DNA of 64,000 nucleotides from Lentisphaeria bacterium UBA1732. GTDB taxonomy: Bacteria; Verrucomicrobiota; Lentisphaeria; Victivallales; UBA1829. The position numbers and the translations under genes were made by a program. Shown in pieces: positions 47,421 to 55,863 of this stretch. The first letter of the stretch is position 1; every line of letters starts with the position of its first letter. The notes beneath the pieces were generated by a model. It ran no database searches, was not told where the DNA came from, and saw only the letters and a program-made list of their open reading frames with translations. The stretch lies in NCBI GenBank assembly GCA_002315855.1, contig DCIG01000045.1:2196-66195 (forward strand), given 5' to 3'.

Positions 47421-49163
47421 TCAGTTTTGACCTGGGGCAAGCGCGATGCGGAAGCCGAGGCCGAGGCTCGCGTTCGACGGGACGCCGCTGCTCCGGCACG
47501 CTGCACGGCAGCTCCTGGCGATGTTGCTCCAGCCGCCGCCACGGTACACGCGGTCCGACGAGCTGCTGTCTTTCCCCCGCGTAAACTCCGCTTTCGCTTT
47601 GCTGCTGTCATCAGTATAATCATCCAAACACCACTCCCACACGTTTCCGCTCATATCGTACAGTCCTAACTCATTCGCCTTTTTCGTTCCTGCTTCGTGT
47701 GTCTTACTGTTGTTCTTTAATAATTGTTCTACGTCCCATTTTGAGTCGTCCAGCTTTTTGTCTCCTGAATTTTCATAGTACCAGCCAACTTCGTCAAGCG
47801 TATCACTCCCGCTGTATTTGTATCCTTCACTCTTTTTCCCTCCCTTCGACGCATACTCCCACTGTGTTTCCGTCGGCAACGTGAAGTGATAACCACTTGG
47901 CGCTTTCCCGCTCTTATTCAGCTTTTCGCAGAAATCCATCGCATCATACCAGCTGACTTGCTCCACCGGCAGTTTATCACCCTTAAAATATGACGGATTA
48001 CTTCCCATCACTGAATCCCACTGTTCCTGCGTCACCTCATATTTCCCAATGTAATAATCTTGCGTCAAGGTCGCGGTGTGGGGTACCTCGTTTTCGTAGT
48101 TCTCCCCATCATTGGCACTCATCGTGTAACTCCCCGCTTCCACTTTTACAAGTTCCAGTGAAACCTTGTTATTCAGATTCAGCTCGATAACCTGAATATT
48201 TTCTTCATCTGTCTCATTTTCTGCCGTTTCCGATGGAGCCTCTGTAGATTGCTTTGATGGAGTTTGTTTTTCTTCAGCATTCCTGTATTCCACTGGGGCA
48301 AGCGCGACGCGGAAGCCGAGGAAGCTGATCGAGTCCGACGGGTCGCAGCAGCTCCGGTACGCTGCACGGCAGAACCTGGCGAAGCTGTCCCAGCTGCCGC
48401 CACGGCACACGCGGAACGACGAGCTGCTGTCTTTCCCCCGCGTAAACTCCGCTTTCGCTTCGCGACTGTCATCGGTCCAATCATCCAGACACCACTCCCA
48501 CACGTTTCCGCTCATATCGTACAGTCCTAACTCATTCGTCTTTTTCGTTCCTGCTTCGTGTGTCTTGTCTCCTGAATTTCCTTCGTACCACGCCACTTCT
48601 CCTACAGTATTACTCCCGCTGTATTTGTATCCTTTACTCTTCTTCCCTCCTCGTGCCGCATACTCCCACTGCGTTTCCGTCGGCAGCGTGAAGTGATAAC
48701 CAATCGGCGCTTTCCCGCTCTTATTCAGCTTTTCACAGAAATCCATTGCATCGTGCCAGCTGACACTCTCCACCGACAGTTTATCACCCTTAAAACATGA
48801 TGGATTACCTCCCATCACCGATTCCCATTGTTCCTGCGTTACCTCATATTTCCCGATGTAGAAGTCTTGCGTCAAGGTCGCGGTGTGCGATTTTTCATCA
48901 GAGAAGTTCTCTCCATCTTTGGCACTCATCGTGAAGCTCCCCGCTTCCACTTTCACAAGTTCCAGTGAAACCTTGTTATTCAGCTTGATTGACAGAATAT
49001 TTTCTGTAACAGACGGAATCTGATTATCATTTCCCTGAATGGAAGATATTTGCACATTTTCTTTCGTTTTGTTGTTGTTCTTGTCTTTTGAGTAGCTTAA
49101 AAAAAACAATATCGTTATACCGAGGATAAAGAATAAAATGGGGAATATGATATTTTTTTTCAT
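47421..49163 (-). CDS. membrane-anchored protein with two tandem FGE-sulfatase (SUMF1 / C-type-lectin-fold) domains; candidate DGR variable protein
   Basis: N-terminal TM. There are two 287-aa-period repeats, each with 'YIGKYEVTQEQW', 'VSW.DAMDFCEKLN', 'LPTETQWEYA', 'GNVWEWC' and 'RGG.W....R.CRAA.R......LGFR.ALAP'. Confidence 0.85.
   Translation of the reverse strand: MKKNIIFPILFFILGITILFFLSYSKDKNNNKTKENVQISSIQGNDNQIPSVTENILSIKLNNKVSLELVKVEAGSFTMSAKDGENFSDEKSHTATLTQDFYIGKYEVTQEQWESVMGGNPSCFKGDKLSVESVSWHDAMDFCEKLNKSGKAPIGYHFTLPTETQWEYAARGGKKSKGYKYSGSNTVGEVAWYEGNSGDKTHEAGTKKTNELGLYDMSGNVWEWCLDDWTDDSREAKAEFTRGKDSSSSFRVCRGGSWDSFARFCRAAYRSCCDPSDSISFLGFRVALAPVEYRNAEEKQTPSKQSTEAPSETAENETDEENIQVIELNLNNKVSLELVKVEAGSYTMSANDGENYENEVPHTATLTQDYYIGKYEVTQEQWDSVMGSNPSYFKGDKLPVEQVSWYDAMDFCEKLNKSGKAPSGYHFTLPTETQWEYASKGGKKSEGYKYSGSDTLDEVGWYYENSGDKKLDDSKWDVEQLLKNNSKTHEAGTKKANELGLYDMSGNVWEWCLDDYTDDSSKAKAEFTRGKDSSSSDRVYRGGGWSNIARSCRAACRSSGVPSNASLGLGFRIALAPGQN
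47445..47555 (-). other. candidate DGR variable region VR1 (C-terminus of domain 2)
   Basis: 37 codons. 17 of them differ from VR2, only at codon positions 1-2, and 16 of the 17 are NNC. The flanks are identical to those of VR2. Confidence 0.6.
48306..48416 (-). other. candidate DGR variable region VR2 (C-terminus of domain 1)
   Basis: This is the counterpart of VR1, 861 nt away, with the same invariant scaffold codons and the same set of variable codon positions. Confidence 0.6.
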
Positions 49164-49441
49164 TTCCGGCTCCTTGCTGTGTTTTGTTCACAATATTGTG
49201 TAAATCGTTGTTTTCTCCGATTGCTTGACAGCATTGGAAAATATAGCACAGTCTTCTTTTTTTTCAAATGATGGACTGCATCTTTTTCCTGCTGCTTCAT
49301 TGATAAGGAATAACTGCTTTGAAAACAGCTTCGCTTCATGTATAAATCACTGGAATGAATACCTGTATGGCGCGGTCTGCGAATCGGTGAAAGTCAATAT
49401 TCAGGAAAGCTGAAATTATCTCAAGGAATAAGAACTTCCCA

Positions 49442-51586
49442 TTACTTGATGTTGGGGTACAGCTGTTGAATATCATCCAGATTGCGGGCTGTTTTGGGCG
49501 TATTCGGCAATTTGTTGATCATATCAATGATTTTTTCCGGCAAGGTCGGAACTTTGCAGGTGTGCAGGGTGCGGATTGCCGAGAGCAGGCCGGCAGACAC
49601 GGCGTCTGCGGTTGCCGTGATTTCGGTTTCACCCGGCATCAGTTCTGCCGCCGTTTTCAGATTCCCGCTGAGAATTGCCGCCGCTCCGATCAGCGTGTCG
49701 TCGGGTATTGTGGAGGTCGGATAAGCCGTTCGGTACGAAGATACAATGATACTGGACGAAAGATACTCGATACTTCCGGCTACATCCAGAGATGGGGTCA
49801 GTGCCTTGTAGACATTTTCCAGCTGATCGATTTTTGCTGTCCCCTGCACAATCCATTCGATCAGTTCAGGCTGTTGCACGACTTGCGAGGACAGCAGTTG
49901 TCTTGCCCCGGAGAATCGCCCCGTGATCAGCAGTTGATAGAGCCTTTGACGCAGATTGTCTTTCAGTTCATTCAAATCTGCGCTGTTTTTTTCTGCAATT
50001 TCTTTTTTCAACTGTTCCGAACGGCTCTTTTCCTGCTTCAGTTCTTCCGTTGCGAGATACAATTCGTTTTCCAGAGATTCAATTTCCGTTAAATTCTCTT
50101 CGTTTTGGCTTTTCAGAAGCGGAATGTCGTTCGTTTGCAGATAATAAAGCTCGTTGGACAGTACGATGTAGTCATACTCCAGATCTTCGAGATAGCTGTT
50201 GTTGACGTTCGTGTCCTGATTTTGAATGCTCACGATGGGCGCGCGTCTGGCAAGCAGATAGTTGAGATGCGAGGAAATGTAACTCATGAGGCGTTCGTTT
50301 TGACGGTTTTCCTCTTCAAATGCCTTGTATGCCTTTTCCGCTTCTTCCACAAGTCTTGAATACGGAATGTTCGGATCGGAGGCAAGCCGTTCAAAGGAAT
50401 CAATCTTCGCGTAAGACGAATTTTCTCGCTTGATTTGGATGTTGTCCAGCAGCATGAAAATTAAGATTGCCACAACCAGTGTTACTGGCAGCAGGATAAA
50501 CATCAGATGCAGAAAAGCTCGGTTTCTCGTTGTCGCGTTTTTGCGTTGCAGTCGTTCCCGTCTTCGGATGGTTGCCGCATATTCATTCTGGATTTCGTAA
50601 TTCAGTCTTCGGATGGATATGGTGTGTACCGCCGGAATATAGGACTTGTTCGGGGCTGTGATTTGGCGCACTTTCCAAATCGCATTGAGCAGTTCTTCCA
50701 TATTGGCAAAACGGCGGCCAGGCTTTTTCGCAATCATCTTTTTGATGAGGGAGGCCACGGGATTCGGCAGTCCGTGCACTATGTTTTCCGGCGGTTCCGG
50801 TTTTTCCAGAATGTGCTGTCGGGCCAAATCGGGTATCGCGCTGGCGCGGAACGGCAGCATTCCCGTAATCATTTGATACAAGGTGATGCCCAGACTGTAA
50901 ATATCGGTGCGCGTGTCCAGCGGCTCCCCGGAAAACTGCTCCGGACTCATGTAGGATGGACTGCCCGAAATATCCATGTTTTTCCGCCAGTCCTGCTGGT
51001 ACATTGCCAGTCCCAGGTCGGTCAGTTTGGCTATCCCGTCATCCGTCAGCATGATGTTGTCCGGCTTCACGTCCCGGTGAATCAGACGGCTTGCTTCCCA
51101 CGCATAATACAGTGCTTCGGCAATCTGCTGCACGATATGCAGTGCCTCATCCACCGGAATCCGCTTCTCGCGGGACAGTCGCGATTTCAGCGTTTCGCCG
51201 CGAATGTACGTCAGTGCCATGTAGCTGAATCCGTCTTCTTCGCCCACGGCAATGGATTGCACCAGATTGGCGTGGCTCAGCTGCGCGGCGGCGCGGGCCT
51301 CGTTGAGAAAGATTGATTTGCCGGAATGGTCGTCTTTTTCGGTTGGGAAAAGTTTCAGTGCCACCTGTCGTTCCAGCGAAATCTGCTGCGCCAGAAAAAC
51401 CATCCCGCTTGTGCCTGACCCCAGATGGGCCAGAATCAGAAAGTCGCCGATGATGCACCCCACTTCAAAGCGCGAGGCCGGCACCACCACTGATTTCTTG
51501 CAGGCCGGACACAGAACTCGCTTGCCCGCTTCAGGGGCGTCTGTTTGAAGTTTATAATGGCAGAATGGACAGGCAAAGTGCATCAT
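49442..51586 (-). CDS. Ser/Thr protein kinase with N-terminal zinc ribbon, one TM helix and a coiled-coil-rich extracytoplasmic domain
   Basis: 'CPFCHYKL...CPACKK' is the zinc ribbon. Kinase subdomains are present: 'LGSGTSGMVFLA', 'VALKLF', 'HRDVKPDNIML', 'DLGLA', 'GSPSYMSPEQ'. The TM is 'FLHLMFILLPVTLVVAILIFMLL'. Confidence 0.85.
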   Translation of the reverse strand: MMHFACPFCHYKLQTDAPEAGKRVLCPACKKSVVVPASRFEVGCIIGDFLILAHLGSGTSGMVFLAQQISLERQVALKLFPTEKDDHSGKSIFLNEARAAAQLSHANLVQSIAVGEEDGFSYMALTYIRGETLKSRLSREKRIPVDEALHIVQQIAEALYYAWEASRLIHRDVKPDNIMLTDDGIAKLTDLGLAMYQQDWRKNMDISGSPSYMSPEQFSGEPLDTRTDIYSLGITLYQMITGMLPFRASAIPDLARQHILEKPEPPENIVHGLPNPVASLIKKMIAKKPGRRFANMEELLNAIWKVRQITAPNKSYIPAVHTISIRRLNYEIQNEYAATIRRRERLQRKNATTRNRAFLHLMFILLPVTLVVAILIFMLLDNIQIKRENSSYAKIDSFERLASDPNIPYSRLVEEAEKAYKAFEEENRQNERLMSYISSHLNYLLARRAPIVSIQNQDTNVNNSYLEDLEYDYIVLSNELYYLQTNDIPLLKSQNEENLTEIESLENELYLATEELKQEKSRSEQLKKEIAEKNSADLNELKDNLRQRLYQLLITGRFSGARQLLSSQVVQQPELIEWIVQGTAKIDQLENVYKALTPSLDVAGSIEYLSSSIIVSSYRTAYPTSTIPDDTLIGAAAILSGNLKTAAELMPGETEITATADAVSAGLLSAIRTLHTCKVPTLPEKIIDMINKLPNTPKTARNLDDIQQLYPNIK

Positions 51587-51888
51587 CGTTGTGAAATTTT
51601 CCCTTTCTTATGAGCTGATTTTCAAAGCCGTGTCAGGAAAAATCCTTTTCCCGGTCTCCCCTTGCAGCTTTTGTAATAAATACGAAAGAGTGTCTCTGTG
51701 AATGGCTCGCCGAAGCATCTTTCCCCGATGCCCGGCAAACAATTGACGGAAATACTCCCTCTTAAATTAACGTTTCGCATCCCCCGGAAATTGTGTCCCT
51801 CGCGAAATGATATGCAAAACTCTCCGGCGTACCCCCCTTTCGGGGAATACGTCGGAGCTGTATGGATTTTCTCTGTTGAAAATCCTGA

Positions 51889-53874
51889 TTACGCCTTCAG
51901 ATAGGCGCGAACGCTTGCCGCAACCTTGTCCGGCGTGAAACCGAATTCTTCGGCCAGTTTCTTGTACGGTGCAGATGCGCCGAAGTGATCCAGTCCGATT
52001 GCAAGACCGTCGAGACCGACCAGTGCATACCACATCGCCGTGCAGCCCGCTTCGATGGAGATGCGTTTGCGGCAGACCGCCGGGAGAATGCTTTCCTTGA
52101 ATGCCGCATCCTGCTTGAGGAACGTTTCCAGGGACGGCACGGAGACCACGCGGAGCTTGAGACCTTCGGCGCGCAGGATTGCCGCGGCGTCGAGTGCCAG
52201 ATTCACTTCGCTTCCGGATGCCATGATGACTGCCTCAAATCCTGCATCTTCGCTGAGAACGTATGCGCCGCGGGTAACATCAATCTTCGCGGACAGTTCT
52301 TCGGAGAACGGTTTCAGATCCTGGCGTGTGAGCATCATTGCCACAGGTCCCTGCTTCTTCAGGGCCGCTGCCCAGCAGTGCGCCACTTCGTGGGCTTCTG
52401 CCGGACGGAACACTGTCATATCGGGAATGGTGCGGAGCATCGTGAGCTGTTCAATCGGCTCATGCGTCGGTCCGTCTTCGCCCACATAGAACGAATCATG
52501 CGTGAAAATATACAGTTCATGCAGTTTCTGAATCGCCGCCAGACGGATTGCCGGCTTCATGTAATCGGAGAACACTGCGAACGTGGAGGTGTACGGGATT
52601 GCGGTGCCGTAAAGCGCCATGCCGTTGCCGGCCATCCCCATTTCCAGTTCGCGGATACCGAAATGCAGGTTGCGTCCGCTGCGGCATTCCGCATTGAAAT
52701 CCCCTGCGTCTTTCACGTTCGTCTTGGTGGACGGTGCCAGGTCTGCTGCTCCGCCGACCAGTGCCGGAACCAGTGCCGAGGCTTTCTGCAGGATTGTTCC
52801 GCTGGAGGCGCGGGAGGCAATCGGCTTCTCGACCGGTGCGGCCTTCAGGAGTTCTTCCAGCAGGTTTTCCGGTACGGTGCAGTTCAGGAGGCTGTCAATC
52901 AGACCTTTGTCTGCGCTTTCGAGGAATTTCGCAAATTCTTTGTTCCATGCGGCTGCTTCCGTCGCCAGTTCTGCGGTGCGGGCGGCGAGCATGTCTTTGA
53001 CGGACTGCGGCACGGTGAACGGTGCTTCTTCCCAGCCGAGAGCCTTCTTGGTGGCGGCGATTTCCTCATCGCCCAGCGGTTCGCCGTGGCAGCCGTGAGT
53101 TCCGGCCTTGTTCGGTGCGCCGAAACCGATTGTGGTTTTGCCGATCAGCAGGGTCGGACGTCCATCGGACTTGACGGCTTCTGCCAGTGCGGCGTCCACT
53201 TTTTCAATATCGTTGGCGTTGTCGCAGCGGAGTACGCGCCAGTTGTAGGCGGCGAAGCGGGCGGCCACGTCTTCCGTGAATGCCAGTCCGGTGTTTCCTT
53301 CGATGGTGATTCCGTTATCATCGTAGAAAACCACCAGATTGTCCAGCTTCATCGTCCCTGCCAGAGAGGCTGCTTCGGAGGTATTGCCTTCCATCATGCA
53401 CCCGTCGCCGGAAATCACGAAAATGCGGCTCTGCGGAATCTCCGTCTTGTCAAGCCCCGTTCTTGCCGCAAACTGCTTGGCTGCGATTGCCATGCCCACG
53501 GCTGACCCGAATCCGCTTCCCAGCGGTCCTGTCGTGATGTCGATGCCCTTGGTGTGCCCGAATTCCGGATGGCCCGGCGTCAGGCTTCCCCACTGACGGA
53601 AGTTCTGCAGTTCTTCCATCGGAAGTCCGTAGTTGAAAAGATGCAGCAGAGAGTAAATCAGCATGGACCCGTGTCCGGCGGAAAGCACGAAGCGGTCGCG
53701 GCCGATCCATTTCGGATCTGCGGGGTTATGACGGAGATATTTGGCCCAGAGGACCATGGCGAAATCAGCGTTGCCCATCGGCATACCCGGATGTCCGGAT
53801 TTTGCTTTCTGAATGGCTTCCGCAGAGAGAATGCGGACGGTGTCGGCTGCTTTGCGAAGTGTTTTGACATCCAT
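51889..53874 (-). CDS. tkt: transketolase
   Basis: 'SGHPGMPMGNADFAMVLW...RDRFVLSAGHGSMLIYSLLHL', 'GPLGSGFGSAVGMA' and 'GEDGPTHEPIEQL' match. Confidence 0.95.
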   Translation of the reverse strand: MDVKTLRKAADTVRILSAEAIQKAKSGHPGMPMGNADFAMVLWAKYLRHNPADPKWIGRDRFVLSAGHGSMLIYSLLHLFNYGLPMEELQNFRQWGSLTPGHPEFGHTKGIDITTGPLGSGFGSAVGMAIAAKQFAARTGLDKTEIPQSRIFVISGDGCMMEGNTSEAASLAGTMKLDNLVVFYDDNGITIEGNTGLAFTEDVAARFAAYNWRVLRCDNANDIEKVDAALAEAVKSDGRPTLLIGKTTIGFGAPNKAGTHGCHGEPLGDEEIAATKKALGWEEAPFTVPQSVKDMLAARTAELATEAAAWNKEFAKFLESADKGLIDSLLNCTVPENLLEELLKAAPVEKPIASRASSGTILQKASALVPALVGGAADLAPSTKTNVKDAGDFNAECRSGRNLHFGIRELEMGMAGNGMALYGTAIPYTSTFAVFSDYMKPAIRLAAIQKLHELYIFTHDSFYVGEDGPTHEPIEQLTMLRTIPDMTVFRPAEAHEVAHCWAAALKKQGPVAMMLTRQDLKPFSEELSAKIDVTRGAYVLSEDAGFEAVIMASGSEVNLALDAAAILRAEGLKLRVVSVPSLETFLKQDAAFKESILPAVCRKRISIEAGCTAMWYALVGLDGLAIGLDHFGASAPYKKLAEEFGFTPDKVAASVRAYLKA

Positions 53875-54144
53875 TGTTGTTATTTTACCTTGGATTTTGT
53901 TGGGTTGATATAGTTAATTACGGAAAAATACGTTAACATTAAAAAATATCACAATTTTAAAAAATTTCAATTGAAAATCATGAAAAAAAAGCTATTTTAA
54001 ATAATGGTAACGTGTTTCATCTCTTCTTTTGCAGCGCCTCTTGCCCCGGCAAAGAAACTGTTTTTTATCCCGAAATGAGAATCCCGTCAAACAACTTTCT
54101 CTTTTGCCTCCGTTTCTCTTTCCTCTCCCGAAATTAGGTTCTTT

Positions 54145-55845
54145 ATGACTCTTTTCCAGAAAATTCGCTCTTTCGCTGAAAATAGACCCGGTACATTTTG
54201 GTTTTTCTCCTTTACTGTCCTTTGTTCGTTAGCCCTGATTGGCTTGGAAGCCGTCAAACTGGATGTCCGTTTCATGTACATCGTGGAGGACATTTCCGAA
54301 TACGGCATTCGTGCCACCGCCACCATCAACGGCAATCCGTACCCCGACTATCCCTCCACTTGGATTGTATTTGCCTGGCTGACGTCTCTTTGCGGTCATT
54401 TCCTGAACCGCTGGACGATGTGTCTTCCCTCGATTTTGAGCGGTGCTTTGACTGCCGTTTTGATTTGCAGAACCGGCGAAAAAGTTCAGAAAGGCTTGGG
54501 GCATATCGCCGTCCTGATTGCCATTTCTTCGTTTGAGTTTATGAGCGTTTTCCTTGGATTTGGCTTGGATGCTCCGGTTTGTGCCTGTGGTGCCGCCATG
54601 CTTTATCTCCTTTTGGATGAAAAAAATCACATCTTCCGCACCCATCTCCTTTTTGCGCTTCTGCTGATCATCGGCTTTTCCATTCGCGGTCCCATTGGTG
54701 CGATTCTCATTGGCACCGGTACTGCCGCATGGCTTTTGGCGGAACGCCGCTGGATTGGCCTGGTTTCTTATGGCGCAGTGGGAGCAGTTTCCTTTTCTGC
54801 TTGCATCGGAGCGATTTATCTCATACTCCATTGGCAGGGCGGCGAGGATTTATGGAATCTTTGCCGCGAATGGCAGGTCGGCAACCGCATGGATACACGC
54901 GGCATTGACTACACGTTTTATCTGCTTCAAAGCTATACCATGTATTGCCCCGCCAGTCTTCCCTTGCTTTTTACGCTCCTGTTCGGTCGTCGCAGACTTT
55001 TCTCCCGCCCAGTCTTCGGATGGATTGCGTATCTCCTTGCCATTGAACTCCTTTTAACAATCCCCGGATGTCAGCATTTGCGCTATATGACGCTTGGTGT
55101 TCCGGCGATGGCTTTGATTGGCGCATGGGGCTTGCTGAATATCCGTTTCCCGCTTTCGCACAAAGTCCTTTCCGTGATGACCCTCACTGCATCCGTCATC
55201 GTCAGGATTGCCTGTTTTGTCCTGATTTTCGCTTGTCTGATTACTGCTGTTGTCTACTATGTACTTGGATTTGGTGTTTGTTATGTCATGCTGATTGGCG
55301 CGTTCCTTGCCATCCTGCTCACCTGTATGGTTTGGAAACTTGTCCCCTTGAAACTTTGGTACAGTTTCGCCTCGTTTGCGGTGGGTGGATGCCTTGCCAC
55401 GCTCTTTTTGGCGAATGCGATTATTTCAACCAATGAGCAGACTTCTCCCTCTGTGCGTGTCGTGGAGGACCTTGTCGGAAACGGCAGTGTTTATTTCTAT
55501 CACATCGATGCCGATCACGATGGAATTAAGTATTTGATTTTCATCGACCGCGACCGGGTGAAAAAAGTTTTCTTCGTGGACCCGGACTGCAGTGATTTGA
55601 CGCGCAATATGTATCAGGTGATTTACCATTTACCTTCTGATCTTTCAGATGCTTATGTCATTGTTCGTGATGGTGAAAACGGTTCGTCTCTCCCCGGCGA
55701 CCCCGATTGGAAAAATCCTGAAGATTATGATGCTTTGATGAACGAAGTTCACGATTCAGGGCTCTCGCTTCGCGGCGAAATCGTCCGCAAAATCCGTCTT
55801 GGACATAAGTCCTATGATTTAGTGCATTTATCTCCGGAAAAATAA
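54145..55845 (+). CDS. GT-C fold glycosyltransferase (ArnT/PMT family 39/83-like) membrane protein
   Basis: 566 aa with about 11 TM helices. The first loop 'VEDISEYGIRATATINGNPYPDYPSTW' resembles the ArnT-type acidic loop / PY..PP motif. There is a C-terminal soluble domain. Confidence 0.55.
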   Translation: MTLFQKIRSFAENRPGTFWFFSFTVLCSLALIGLEAVKLDVRFMYIVEDISEYGIRATATINGNPYPDYPSTWIVFAWLTSLCGHFLNRWTMCLPSILSGALTAVLICRTGEKVQKGLGHIAVLIAISSFEFMSVFLGFGLDAPVCACGAAMLYLLLDEKNHIFRTHLLFALLLIIGFSIRGPIGAILIGTGTAAWLLAERRWIGLVSYGAVGAVSFSACIGAIYLILHWQGGEDLWNLCREWQVGNRMDTRGIDYTFYLLQSYTMYCPASLPLLFTLLFGRRRLFSRPVFGWIAYLLAIELLLTIPGCQHLRYMTLGVPAMALIGAWGLLNIRFPLSHKVLSVMTLTASVIVRIACFVLIFACLITAVVYYVLGFGVCYVMLIGAFLAILLTCMVWKLVPLKLWYSFASFAVGGCLATLFLANAIISTNEQTSPSVRVVEDLVGNGSVYFYHIDADHDGIKYLIFIDRDRVKKVFFVDPDCSDLTRNMYQVIYHLPSDLSDAYVIVRDGENGSSLPGDPDWKNPEDYDALMNEVHDSGLSLRGEIVRKIRLGHKSYDLVHLSPEK

Positions 55846-55863
55846 TTTCCCGTTCCCTGCTGC

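Larger units (their letters stand above)
47433..48983 (-). repeat. intragenic tandem duplication of the FGE-domain module (861-nt period at the 3' ends)
   Basis: Copy 1 (about 47433-48176) and copy 2 (about 48294-48983) align at high nucleotide identity. There is one 54-nt (18-codon) indel, present in copy 1 around 47700-47760. Confidence 0.85.

Noticed and set aside
49072-49080. gttgttgtt (AAC AAC AAC on the coding strand) inside the FGE gene, considered as a possible TR fragment
   Set aside because: It encodes the KNNNK segment of the N-terminal linker. Its flanks show no similarity to the VR scaffold.
51985-53505. 506-aa ORF antisense to tkt. Similar long antisense ORFs occur at 7327-8217, 9183-10076, 15694-16386, 30507-31598, 32954-34030, 43411-44361, 44424-45473, 59424-60620 and 62382-63629.
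   Set aside because: Each one is fully embedded opposite a gene with strong family motifs. All have Arg/Gly/Cys/His-rich nonsense composition. I treat them as shadow ORFs.
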